Assembly (NCBI GenBank): GCA_965226495.1
Contig: OZ245365.1
Location: forward strand, 3,296,001 to 3,360,000
DNA: 64,000 nucleotides
DNA from: Candidatus Marinacidobacterales bacterium
GTDB lineage: Bacteria > Acidobacteriota > Vicinamibacteria > Marinacidobacterales > DATDRI01
Direction: 5' to 3'
Below the pieces are notes generated by a model. The model was not told where the DNA came from, made no database searches, and was given only the letters and a program-made list of their open reading frames with translations. How positions within the stretch are numbered: the first letter of the stretch is position 1; the number at the start of each line of letters is the position of its first letter. The position numbers and the translations under genes were made by a program. Of the stretch, positions 39,085-48,771 are shown in pieces.

Positions 39085-41208
39085 ATGACGCACACGGCAA
39101 TCTTACAACTTAGCGTCCTCGCCCTCGTACTGCCCGGGTTCGCGTATTCATCGTCCGGTCAAACTTTACAGGCCTTACCGGCTTCACAGGCCTCGCAGGC
39201 TTCACCGACCTCACAGACCGGACGTTCCTACACCTATGGTCACATCACCTATGTCGAAGGAGAAGTTACCCTCCAACGTGCCATCGAGTCGGAGCCCTCG
39301 GGCGCGGGCGTCAACGAGCCCGTCACACCGGGAGATCGGGCCTGGACCGCGTCTTTTGGTCGTGCGGAGATCCGACTCGCGGACGGTTCCGTCCTACGTA
39401 TGGACGAACGCACCAAGGTCGACTTCGTCGCCTTCGGTGAAGCGGCCGGCCAGGAAACGCTGGTTCGACTCTGGAGCGGAAGCATCATTCTCCGCCTCGT
39501 CGATGCCGGAGGTGCCACGTTTCGGGTCGACACCCCCGCAGGAAGTGTCTTCCCCGTGTCGGAAGGTCTGATCCGGATCGACGTGGACGAAAGCGGCACC
39601 GCCACGCTCTCCGTTTACGAGGGCGTCGCCGAGCTAGCCTCCGAAGGCGGATCGGTCTTGGTTCGAAGCGGTCAGCGCAGTTTGGTCCAGTCCGGCCTTC
39701 GACCCGAGCCCTCTTACGAGTTCAACACCGCGCGTTGGGATGAGTTCTCCTCATGGAGCGACGGGCGCGATCAGCTCTACCGTCGCACCACACGCGTCCA
39801 AGGTGTTCCGGAGGAGGTCGCCGTCTACGCGGGCGAGCTCGACCAGTACGGTACATGGCGCCACGACACTTCGTACGGGAACGTTTGGTACCCGAGAGTG
39901 TCGGTGGGCTGGAGCCCGTACTATCAAGGGCGATGGGCGTACACGGCGTTTGGTTGGACGTGGGTGTCCTACGAGCCTTGGGGCTGGGCGCCTTACCACT
40001 ACGGTCGCTGGGGAAGCGGTCCTTACGGTTGGTACTGGATCCCCGGTGCACATTGGGGACCGGCCTGGGTCTCCTGGGCATTCGGACCTTCCTGGATAGG
40101 CTGGTCCCCGCTCGGCTATTACGACCGATCGGTCTTCGGTTACCGTTCCGTGTTCCGCTATCGTGGTGGTCGCGCCGTTCCACGACACCACGTCACACAA
40201 GGTTGGAGCTTCGCACGCAACCAACACTTCGCTTCACGATCGGTCGCGACGACGCGGTTGGGAGTGGAAGACGTTCGCGCCACCTCCAATAAAGCCCGGC
40301 TTCTGGAGTCTGGCGCCATTCTCGATAGGCACCTCGAGGCCCGCGCCGCTCGTCCCACAGCGATGACTCGCGCTTCCCGACCCGGCCCTGCCGTGGGCGG
40401 AACGGAGCGTGTCTCCGGCCGGACCACACCCGGTCTCGCAACAACTCGCGGTAGAGTGTTTCGGAGCGCCGGGACGGCCTCCGGCTCGCGCCACGTTACG
40501 ACGACACCAGCCCGGGTCCAAGAACGTGACAGCAACGCTGCAGCCACCTCGCGAGCTCGCACGGCGCCAACCTCTCGTTCCGATTCCTTACAGCGTCGGC
40601 TCACCACAACAGCCGGGCGCCGCTACGGAACCACTGTGTCGCGATCGAACGAGGAAACGTCTGGTACCCGAACCGGAGTCGGTCTAGGGCGAAGCGTTTC
40701 GGGGCAGAGCTCGGGAACACGTGCGATCGGTCGCTCCCTAGGTCAACCGTCGACGAGCTCGACAAGCTCAACAGGCTCAACAGGCTCAACAGGCTCAACT
40801 ACCGGCAGGCCCCCGACCTCGGCAACCTCGGCGACCTCGGCGGCAGGCTCGTCAACCTCACGGGGCTCACGGGGCTCACGGGGCTCACGGGGCTCACGGG
40901 GCTCACGGGGCTCACGAGGCTCACGAGGGGGGCGCCCTTCTTCTGTTACCGGTAGTCCCACCAGTACGACGATACGGAGCACGGGTAGCAGTGCCGGAAG
41001 CAAGGATTTCTTCAGCCGTCGGCCCAGCGTCAGCGGTTCCCGCTCGGGAAGCAGTTCTGTCAGGCGGTCGTCGACGGGAAGGCCTTCTGCCGCCAAGCCG
41101 CGGACAGGAAGCGGGAGCACCAGGCGGTCGTCTAAATCCTCGAGTACATCCCGAAGTCGAGGAAGCCAGAAAAGCGAAGGCAACAAGAACAAGAGGAAGA
41201 ACTACTAG
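39085..41208 (+). CDS. Secreted FecR-like + DUF6600-like (Trp/Tyr/Gly-rich) protein with S/R/G/T-rich tail
   Basis: Start after GGAGG; signal peptide; GDRAWT...RAEIRLADGSVLRM (FecR-like); YGTW...WSPY...GWTWVSYEPWGWAPYHYGRW. Confidence 0.78.
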   Translation: MTHTAILQLSVLALVLPGFAYSSSGQTLQALPASQASQASPTSQTGRSYTYGHITYVEGEVTLQRAIESEPSGAGVNEPVTPGDRAWTASFGRAEIRLADGSVLRMDERTKVDFVAFGEAAGQETLVRLWSGSIILRLVDAGGATFRVDTPAGSVFPVSEGLIRIDVDESGTATLSVYEGVAELASEGGSVLVRSGQRSLVQSGLRPEPSYEFNTARWDEFSSWSDGRDQLYRRTTRVQGVPEEVAVYAGELDQYGTWRHDTSYGNVWYPRVSVGWSPYYQGRWAYTAFGWTWVSYEPWGWAPYHYGRWGSGPYGWYWIPGAHWGPAWVSWAFGPSWIGWSPLGYYDRSVFGYRSVFRYRGGRAVPRHHVTQGWSFARNQHFASRSVATTRLGVEDVRATSNKARLLESGAILDRHLEARAARPTAMTRASRPGPAVGGTERVSGRTTPGLATTRGRVFRSAGTASGSRHVTTTPARVQERDSNAAATSRARTAPTSRSDSLQRRLTTTAGRRYGTTVSRSNEETSGTRTGVGLGRSVSGQSSGTRAIGRSLGQPSTSSTSSTGSTGSTGSTTGRPPTSATSATSAAGSSTSRGSRGSRGSRGSRGSRGSRGSRGGRPSSVTGSPTSTTIRSTGSSAGSKDFFSRRPSVSGSRSGSSSVRRSSTGRPSAAKPRTGSGSTRRSSKSSSTSRSRGSQKSEGNKNKRKNY
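40857..40928 (+). repeat. 9-bp coding tandem repeat (SRG x8)
   Basis: CTCACGGGG x6 followed by CTCACGAGG x2. Confidence 0.95.
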
Positions 41209-41290
41209 TTGATCCTACTCGAGTCCCCTCACCCGGCGTCTGGCCGAATTGATAGCGGCACCAACTGTCTTGACGCCCGCAGCCCCCAAA

Positions 41291-41380
41291 CCCGCCTCCG
41301 TCCGCGTCCTTTTCTGAGGACTTCGGCGAGACCTCGCCGTAGCCGTTGTCACGCGTAGCGCTCCCAACAGCGAAGGCGGG
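41291..41380. repeat. Four-arm palindromic intergenic repeat, copy B
   Basis: CCCGCCTCCG..CTTCGGCGAG..CGCCGTAGCC..AGCGAAGGCGGG between convergent genes. Confidence 0.7.
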
Positions 41381-41386
41381 GAACTG

Positions 41387-43009
41387 CTATTTGATGCGCA
41401 GGATCCAAGGCATCAAAAACAGGGCCTCCTCGCTCGCCAAGGGACCCAGCAGATCGAAGAGGGGTGCCAAAGGAGTCCCTGAAAAAGAAACCGAGCCCCA
41501 CGGCAAACCCAAGGAGAGAAGCTCTCTGAGCCGGGGCCGCTTCGCATACGTGACCACGCGAATCTTCTTCTCCGGGGCGACACCTGCCCTATCACGGGCG
41601 AGCTGGATCGCGGTCTCCAAATCCCCGAGCTCATCGATCAACCCTCGCTCCTTCCCTTGCCGACCGGTCCACACTCTTCCGCGCGCTACGTCGTCAACTT
41701 GTTTCAGCTCCAACCGTCGCCCTTCCGCGACGCGAGGCACGAAGAGTTTTTCATAGAAGTAACGAAGTTGTGCACGCTGCTTGTCGCGCTCCTCGACAGT
41801 GAAGGATCGGGTTGGCGAACGGAAACCAGCCCGCTTGGAGAGTGCGATCGTTTCACGCTGTATTCCCAGCTTGTCGAGCAGACGGCGAGCAACCATCTTG
41901 CCTCCGACGATCCCGATCGAACCGGTTAAGGTGGAAGCCTCCGCGACGATCGCGTCCGCCGCGGTGGCGATGTAATAGCCGCCCGACGCTGCCACATCTC
42001 CCATGGAAACAATGACCGGCTTCTTTTTGCGAGTGAGCGCAACCTCGCGCCAAATCAAATCCGAGGCCACGGCCGACCCGCCCGGACTCTCGACTCGAAG
42101 GACCACAGCCTTGACCCGGGGTGATTCACGAACGCGTTTGAGAAGCTCCTGGAAGCTGCGTGAGCCCACCACGCGCGTCGAGGGCCGAGCACGGCGGTGG
42201 TCGCCAGAGGCGATCACCCCGACCGCATACACGACGGCGACTTGCTGCCGACGGAAAGTCAGCAACCGTTTCAGCCATGCGTCGCGAACCCGGTAGCGAC
42301 TATGAGGAACAACCACGACATCAACGTCCAGTTTTTCCCGGAGCAGTGATTCGCAGGCATCCTCTTGATCCACTCGGTCGACGAGCCCCAACCGCAGCGC
42401 TTCTTCCGCGGTGTAGGGGCCGTCGTCAAAAACCTCCCGAACCCGCTCTGTGGCAAGGCCCCGCCCCTTGGCTATCGCGTGCTCCAGTTGATCGGATAGA
42501 TCCACAAGTAGAGACCGAAGCGCTTCGCGGCTCGGAGGGGACATCTCACTTCTCATGAAAGTCTCCCCGGCGCTCTTGTACTCCCCCACGGAATCAAGCT
42601 GCGCCTCGATTCCGATCTGTTCTAGAAGGTCTTTGAAGAAGAACGCCTCCGCTTGGAGCCCGACGAGATCCAAGCTCGCACCCGGATGCATGATCAGCGT
42701 TTCGCACGCGCAAGCGAGCCCGTAGTCGAGATTGCCCGCGCCTTCGAGGAACGCCACAACCGGCTTCCCCGAGGAACGAAACGCTTCAATGGATCGAGCC
42801 AGGCTGGCCGCCTTCGCCCAACCGATGTCTGGATGGGCGAACCTGACCACGAGCGCCCCGATGCGACGGTCGCGGGACGCTTTTCGGATCGCCTGAGTGG
42901 CTCCCTGCAAGTCCACCTTAGGAGAGCGGGCAAGCAAAGCCGTCTCGGCCCGTGTCTCGACGATCTCTTCCTCGAGCCGAACTTGTAGTACTGAGCGCTT
43001 CCGCCTCAT
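41387..43009 (-). CDS. sppA: Signal peptide peptidase SppA (two-domain S49)
   Basis: SGKPVVAF, YKSAGE, LRVESPGGS, SMGDVAASGGYY, TGSIGI, GRVWTG; start trimmed to MRRKRS. Confidence 0.92.
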   Translation of the reverse strand: MRRKRSVLQVRLEEEIVETRAETALLARSPKVDLQGATQAIRKASRDRRIGALVVRFAHPDIGWAKAASLARSIEAFRSSGKPVVAFLEGAGNLDYGLACACETLIMHPGASLDLVGLQAEAFFFKDLLEQIGIEAQLDSVGEYKSAGETFMRSEMSPPSREALRSLLVDLSDQLEHAIAKGRGLATERVREVFDDGPYTAEEALRLGLVDRVDQEDACESLLREKLDVDVVVVPHSRYRVRDAWLKRLLTFRRQQVAVVYAVGVIASGDHRRARPSTRVVGSRSFQELLKRVRESPRVKAVVLRVESPGGSAVASDLIWREVALTRKKKPVIVSMGDVAASGGYYIATAADAIVAEASTLTGSIGIVGGKMVARRLLDKLGIQRETIALSKRAGFRSPTRSFTVEERDKQRAQLRYFYEKLFVPRVAEGRRLELKQVDDVARGRVWTGRQGKERGLIDELGDLETAIQLARDRAGVAPEKKIRVVTYAKRPRLRELLSLGLPWGSVSFSGTPLAPLFDLLGPLASEEALFLMPWILRIK

Positions 43010-43203
43010 ATTCACCCCCTTAAGTGCCCTCTGGCGTCTTGTCTCCCATTTTTTCTTAAGGCCCCCGCCGAGCGAACCCGGGTGTAGGCTTGGCCCCCCA
43101 GGGGTGGGCCTTGCCCGCGACGGTTCTCTATCGTGTATAATAAGAGGCTCAGTCATAAAATGCGCGCCAAAAAGGGCGACTGCTGCCTCTGAAGCTGAGC
43201 AGG

Positions 43204-45360
43204 ATGGCGATCGAAAGCAAAATAGAGCCGGTAAGCACTTCGTTCGAATGGGTAGGCCCCCTCTCCGCGACCCCCCTCGCCGAGGTGATGCGCAAGATTG
43301 CGCTTGAAGAGCGCAGCGGCGACCTCCAGGTCATCTTCGGTCAGACCATCAAGACCATCTATTTCGACCGCGGCTTCGTGGTTTTGGCCGCCAGTAACCT
43401 CAAAAACGACCGGCTCGGGGAAAGCCTCATCGAGCGGGGCCGCATCTCTCGCCACGAATTGGCTCTAGCGACCATGTTGATGAAGACCGGACAGAAGAAG
43501 ATAGGCCAGGCCCTGGTCCAAGCCGGGGTGATGGCCGAAGAAGAGCTCGGTCGGAGCGTAGCACTACAGGTCAACAGGATCGCCTTGTCACTCTTCAAAG
43601 CAACCGACGGGATCTACAGCTTCGATGAACGGCCCACCAACATCCCGATGAAACTCATGGTCAGCCTCTCGATCTATCGGATCCTCCTGGAAGGGATCCG
43701 GAGGATGACCAAGGGAAACCTAATCCTGCAAGGTCTCCCGCCCCTGGACACCCTACTACGGGTTTCGGAACACCCACCGTTTACGATCGATTTCGGTCAG
43801 CTGAAGTCGGTCGAGCAGTCGGTTCTTCGTGCCGCCGGTCGGGGAGCCACGATCCAATCCATCGCCGAGCGATTGGAGCAGGATCGGGGACGAATCCTCA
43901 GAGCCTGCTACGGTCTGATATGCGCCGGACTTCTCGCGGAGGACGACTCGGATCGGACGCCACGGCCTCTCAAGGTACAAGAGGAGACCGGCGTCTTCCT
44001 GCTGTCCGATCTCGAGAAAAAGTTCGCCAAAATCCAAGCGACCAACGCGCGCCAAGAGATCCTCATGGAGTTCGACCATCTCGGTGAGATGGCGGAAGAA
44101 AACCTTCTCAAGGTCGACAAACAGGCCCAGATGGAGGACATCCGACAGGCCTACGAGAGTCGTCGCAAGGAGTGGTCCATCAAGAGGAACCTCGTCGAGC
44201 AAGAACGCTCGCTAGTGGTCAAGGTAGACGAGATCCAAGCCCGGTTGGAACGGGCGTATCAGCAAATGTTGTCGGAGCACACCGCCCCCTCGCCCCCGCT
44301 TTCCAACCTGTCCGCCGCGGAGTGGTCGTCCCCCCACATCGAGTTCGCAGAGAGAGATGTCCTCGATCAAACCGAGGAAGGCGAAACTGTCGAATCTTCG
44401 CCGGCACAACGTGCCCGCGCTCAAGAAGCCATCGAGAAGGTGCAAGAGCGCGAAGACGCGCGGCAGGCGCAACAAATCCAGGAAGCTCAGCGGACGAATG
44501 AGGAAGGCGAGCTGGAGATAGAAATTGAGGTCGAGACCGGCGAGTTCGATACACCCGCCCTGCCGCCGCTCATCGAAGATGAACCGGAAGAAGCTTCTTT
44601 CATCAAAAACGAAGTGGAGCTCAGGCTCGGGCCACAGATGGAGCTCGAGGTCGAGGAAGCCGCCGCGCCCGCCGAAATCGAGATCGACGACGAAGCCTCT
44701 CAAGCGCAGTTCAAGATAGAGGAGGACGCGGCCGGCCCGGAGATCGAAATCGAAATAGAGGAAGAAGTCGCGCCCACCAAGGACGAAGTGAAAGAAGAGG
44801 CCGCGCCGGCTGCCGCCGCCGAGATCGAAATAGTGGTGGATGAAGATGCGACCGAGCCAGCAGACACGAAACCGAACGTCCACGATGCGAGCGTCTCTTC
44901 TCAAGGAGACGAATCGGGATCCCTCAACATCGTACAAAGGGAGCTCTTGCCCGAGCAACGTGACGAAAGAGTGCGTCAACTGTTCCGGGATGTAAAGCTG
45001 CACTTCACGGTCCGAGATTGGGACGGGGCGGTCTCACTTCTCATGGAGCTAGTGGAGCTCGAGCCGAACAACGCACACCACCACGGCATGCTCGCGAAGG
45101 CGGTGTTGCGTCACCCGGTGATGCGCAAGAACGCAGAACGTCACTTCATCGAAGCGCTGCGCCTTGCACCACAAGATGCCGATCTTCATTTTTGGCTCGG
45201 CCTCTACTACAAGACCTTCGGATTGAAATCGCGAGCCGAGACCGAGTTTAGAACTGCGCTACGGATCGATCCCAAGCACGCAGGAGCCCACAAATACCTC
45301 ACCAGTGGTGGCAAGAGAAAGGACCCCCTGAGCAATTTGTTCGGCAAGATCTTCGGGTAG
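43204..45360 (+). CDS. DUF4388 + degenerate J-like domain + acidic linker + TPR protein
   Basis: ERSGDL...IYFDRG...RLGESL; NLLKV...DIRQAY...ERAYQQM J-like segment without HPD; EIEIE-rich linker; C-terminal TPRs. Confidence 0.75.
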   Translation: MAIESKIEPVSTSFEWVGPLSATPLAEVMRKIALEERSGDLQVIFGQTIKTIYFDRGFVVLAASNLKNDRLGESLIERGRISRHELALATMLMKTGQKKIGQALVQAGVMAEEELGRSVALQVNRIALSLFKATDGIYSFDERPTNIPMKLMVSLSIYRILLEGIRRMTKGNLILQGLPPLDTLLRVSEHPPFTIDFGQLKSVEQSVLRAAGRGATIQSIAERLEQDRGRILRACYGLICAGLLAEDDSDRTPRPLKVQEETGVFLLSDLEKKFAKIQATNARQEILMEFDHLGEMAEENLLKVDKQAQMEDIRQAYESRRKEWSIKRNLVEQERSLVVKVDEIQARLERAYQQMLSEHTAPSPPLSNLSAAEWSSPHIEFAERDVLDQTEEGETVESSPAQRARAQEAIEKVQEREDARQAQQIQEAQRTNEEGELEIEIEVETGEFDTPALPPLIEDEPEEASFIKNEVELRLGPQMELEVEEAAAPAEIEIDDEASQAQFKIEEDAAGPEIEIEIEEEVAPTKDEVKEEAAPAAAAEIEIVVDEDATEPADTKPNVHDASVSSQGDESGSLNIVQRELLPEQRDERVRQLFRDVKLHFTVRDWDGAVSLLMELVELEPNNAHHHGMLAKAVLRHPVMRKNAERHFIEALRLAPQDADLHFWLGLYYKTFGLKSRAETEFRTALRIDPKHAGAHKYLTSGGKRKDPLSNLFGKIFG

Positions 45361-45399
45361 ATATAACTCGAAGCCCATCAGTAGCTTCCCCCGCCAAAA

Positions 45400-45447
45400 A
45401 CCCCACATATAGTAGTACGACTAGCCATCCTACCCAAAATCTGGTAT
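45400..45447. promoter_or_regulatory. Tandem NrdR boxes
   Basis: ACCCCACATATAGTAG (45400) and ACCCAAAATCTGGTAT (45432), 32 bp apart, resembling acaCwAtATaTwGtgt, upstream of nrdJ. Confidence 0.75.
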
Positions 45448-45454
45448 TTTTTTC

Positions 45455-45484
45455 TTGACACCGGGTCTCGGCTAAAAGTATAAA
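45455..45484 (+). promoter_or_regulatory. Sigma70 promoter of nrdJ
   Basis: TTGACA-18 bp-TATAAA. Confidence 0.55.
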
Positions 45485-45677
45485 ATCTTTACCTAAACTA
45501 AGCCAAAGCGATTAACTGGTTTCCCGCTACGGCTTGGATAATAGCGGCAGGAATTTCGTTAAAAGGCAAGGATTTCTAAGTTAGCGAGTTGGCTTCCGTG
45601 CTCGGGTCGTCGCGGTGTCGTTTCGTCTCTCTACGGCGTTGCTAGACTCGATTTGAGGATTTGGAGGGGAAAGTCGC

Positions 45678-48509
45678 ATGGGGACGTCCAAAAACGACAT
45701 TTCGTTGGTAGTTGAATCGAGCAAGACCGCCAAGACTTCCGGCGGATCCGGGGGAAAACGTCCCGCATTGACGTTTCAGCGCTACTTCACGCAGGCGGAG
45801 ATCTCTCCCTTTGATGCCATTGAATGGGAGACCCGAGATGCGATTATTTCCAACGAGAAGGGAGACATCATTTTCGAGCAGAGGGGCGTCGAGGTCCCCG
45901 CTAGTTGGTCGCAAATGGCGACCAACATCGTCGTATCGAAGTACTTCCATGGAACTCTAGAGACCGGAGAACGAGAGCACAGCGCCCGGCAGTTGGTCGG
46001 CCGCGTTGTGAAGACCCTCACTCAATGGGGTCTCAAGGATGGGTACTTCGCTAGCGAGGAAGATGCGAATGCCTTCCATGACGATCTCGCCTTCTTGCTG
46101 CTGAACCAGTTTGCTTCGTTCAACTCGCCGGTGTGGTTCAATTGCGGCATCGAAGCCAGACCTCAATGCTCGGCATGTTTCATCAATTCCGTTGAAGACA
46201 CCATGGATTCGATTCTGACCCTCGCCAAAACGGAGGGGATGCTCTTCAAGTGGGGTTCCGGCACCGGCAGCAACCTGTCCCCGCTCCGCAGTTCGCGAGA
46301 GAGACTCTCCGGCGGCGGCATCGCTAGCGGCCCCGTTTCTTTCATGAAGGGCTATGACGCCTTCGCCGGTGTCATCCGTAGCGGTGGAAAGACGCGGCGC
46401 GCCGCGAAGATGGTCATCTTGGACATCGACCATCCCGATATCATGGAGTTCATCGAGTGCAAGACGCGCGAAGAGAAAAAGGCGTGGGCTCTTATCGATG
46501 CCGGCTACGATCCATCGTTCAACGGCGAAGCCTATGCCTCGATCTTCTACCAGAACGCGAACCACAGCGTGCGCGTCACCGACGACTTTATGCAGGCGGT
46601 CCTAGAAGATCGCGACTGGGAGACGCGCGGCCGAACGAGCGGCGAGCCGATGGATCGACACCCCGCCCGGGAGTACCTCCGCAAAATTTCCGAGTCTACC
46701 CACGTCTGTGGCGATCCGGGCATGCAGTTCGACACCACTATCAACCGCTGGCACACTTCCAAGAACACCGCGCGGATCAACGCCTCCAACCCATGCTCCG
46801 AGTACATGTACTTGGATGATAGCGCTTGCAACCTGGCCTCGTTGAACCTGATGAAGTTCTTGAAGCCGGATGCGACTTTCAACGTGGAATCCTTCCGCAA
46901 GGCGATCGACACGGTGATCACTAGTATGGAAATCATCGTTGGCAACGCCAGTTATCCGACCGAGAGGATCGAGAAGAACTCTCACGCTTATCGCCCACTC
47001 GGTCTGGGTTACGCCAACTTGGGCGCCATGCTGATGTATCAGGGGATTCCCTATGAGAGCGAGATCGGACAAGACACCGCAGGTGCGATCACCGCGGTGA
47101 TGACGGGCGAGGCCTACCTCCAGTCGGCTCGCATTGCCGCTTGCCTTGAGCCGTTCGAAGGCTATGAGAAAAATAAGGAGCCGATGCTAGAAGTCATGGA
47201 AATGCATCGGTCCTCAGTGGACCGCATCGATCCGGCGAGAGTGGAACCCGATCTCTACCGCGCCGCCCACGACGTTTGGGACGAGACGGTGGAGGCCGGC
47301 CGTCAATACGGATACCGCAATGGTCAGGCTTCGGTGCTCGCCCCCACCGGCACCATCGGCTTGATGATGGATTGCGACACCACGGGGGTCGAGCCCGATC
47401 TGGCTTTGGTCAAGTACAAGAAGCTAGTAGGCGGCGGGGTGATGAAGATAGTCAACCAAACGGTTCCTTCCGCGCTCGAGCGCCTGGGCTATCAAAAGCA
47501 TGAGGTGAAGGCCATCGTCGACTACGTTCACGAGAACGGCATGATCGAAGGGGCCCCTTCTCTTCGCGAAGAGCACTTGCCAGTATTCGACTGCGCGGTC
47601 GTTCCCGCTGGTGGAAGGCGCTCCATCCCGTACATGGGCCACGTCAAGATGATGGCCGCCGTCCAGCCGTTCCTCTCCGGTGCTATCTCCAAGACGGTCA
47701 ACATGCCTCAAGAGAGCACCGCCAAAGAGATCATGCAGACGTACATCGAGGCTTGGAAGCTCGGCCTCAAGGCCATTGCCATCTATCGTGACGGAAGCAA
47801 GCGCACGCAGCCTCTCAATACCGTAGAGGGGACCAAGCCTGGTGCCAATGCCCTAACGGAAGACTTGACGCGTCCGGTGCAGAGGAAGATGGCGGTGGAG
47901 AGAAACGCCCTGACTCACAAGTTCAACATCGCCGGCCACGAAGGCTATATCACCGTGGGTCTTTACAGCGATGGGAGCCCTGGCGAGATCTTCATCAACA
48001 TGTCCAAAGAGGGATCGACCGTCTCGGGTCTGATGGACGCGTTCGCACGGGCGATATCCTACGCCCTCCAATACGGAGTGCCCTTGGAAGTCCTGGTGGA
48101 CAAATTCACCCACACCCGTTTCGAACCGTCCGGCTTCACGGGTAATGCCGAGATCCCCTACGCGAAGTCCATCACCGACTACATCTTTCGTTGGCTTGCG
48201 GTGAAGTTCCTCACGCCGGACCAACGGGTGGCGGCAGGGGTCGTCGCCGAGTCCACTAACTCGGAAACGACGGCGGAAACACCTCAGCCGGCACAAAATG
48301 ACGACGCCGGGGCCCAGAAAGTAACGTCTCCCACTCCAACTCGGCAACGGGAGGACAGCACGGGCCCTGCCACGAATGGCAAGCCGCCAATGAAGCTACC
48401 GCGGTTGTACGAGGATGCGCCACCTTGCTCGGTTTGTGGCTCGATCATGGTGAGGAACGGTAGCTGTTACAAGTGCCTCAACTGCGGAAGCACCAGCGGC
48501 TGTTCATAG
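45678..48509 (+). CDS. nrdJ: Class II (adenosylcobalamin-dependent) ribonucleotide reductase with TSCPD-like C-terminus
   Basis: FNSPVWFN, QCSACFI, ASNPCSE, ACNLASLN, APTGTIG, SKTVN, C-terminal CxxC...CYKCLNCG. Confidence 0.95.
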   Translation: MGTSKNDISLVVESSKTAKTSGGSGGKRPALTFQRYFTQAEISPFDAIEWETRDAIISNEKGDIIFEQRGVEVPASWSQMATNIVVSKYFHGTLETGEREHSARQLVGRVVKTLTQWGLKDGYFASEEDANAFHDDLAFLLLNQFASFNSPVWFNCGIEARPQCSACFINSVEDTMDSILTLAKTEGMLFKWGSGTGSNLSPLRSSRERLSGGGIASGPVSFMKGYDAFAGVIRSGGKTRRAAKMVILDIDHPDIMEFIECKTREEKKAWALIDAGYDPSFNGEAYASIFYQNANHSVRVTDDFMQAVLEDRDWETRGRTSGEPMDRHPAREYLRKISESTHVCGDPGMQFDTTINRWHTSKNTARINASNPCSEYMYLDDSACNLASLNLMKFLKPDATFNVESFRKAIDTVITSMEIIVGNASYPTERIEKNSHAYRPLGLGYANLGAMLMYQGIPYESEIGQDTAGAITAVMTGEAYLQSARIAACLEPFEGYEKNKEPMLEVMEMHRSSVDRIDPARVEPDLYRAAHDVWDETVEAGRQYGYRNGQASVLAPTGTIGLMMDCDTTGVEPDLALVKYKKLVGGGVMKIVNQTVPSALERLGYQKHEVKAIVDYVHENGMIEGAPSLREEHLPVFDCAVVPAGGRRSIPYMGHVKMMAAVQPFLSGAISKTVNMPQESTAKEIMQTYIEAWKLGLKAIAIYRDGSKRTQPLNTVEGTKPGANALTEDLTRPVQRKMAVERNALTHKFNIAGHEGYITVGLYSDGSPGEIFINMSKEGSTVSGLMDAFARAISYALQYGVPLEVLVDKFTHTRFEPSGFTGNAEIPYAKSITDYIFRWLAVKFLTPDQRVAAGVVAESTNSETTAETPQPAQNDDAGAQKVTSPTPTRQREDSTGPATNGKPPMKLPRLYEDAPPCSVCGSIMVRNGSCYKCLNCGSTSGCS

Positions 48510-48771
48510 GCATTAGCAGGCACTAGCGCCAACGCGACTCGCCGCACCGGCGGCGGGCGCTTGCGCAGAAGTGATACTTCTCACATAATTCACCCGGAAA
48601 AAATAGTAATGATCCCGCTGTGGGATGACGGGTGCGGCGCCCATCTCCGTATCTTCCCGTCATTCAGAGGGTTATCTTAATCACCGGCTTTAGGCTTTAA
48701 AACGACGAACTCAACGCCCCCCCTGGGGGAGGAGCGGCGGCGACGGCCGCTTCTTCGAGGAGTCACTTACC

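Noticed and set aside
40857-40928. CRISPR-like array
   Set aside because: Contiguous 9-bp units without spacers, inside a CDS, and no cas genes
45678-48509. Intein or intron in nrdJ
   Set aside because: Catalytic motifs are contiguous and no splice-junction motifs or large insert were seen
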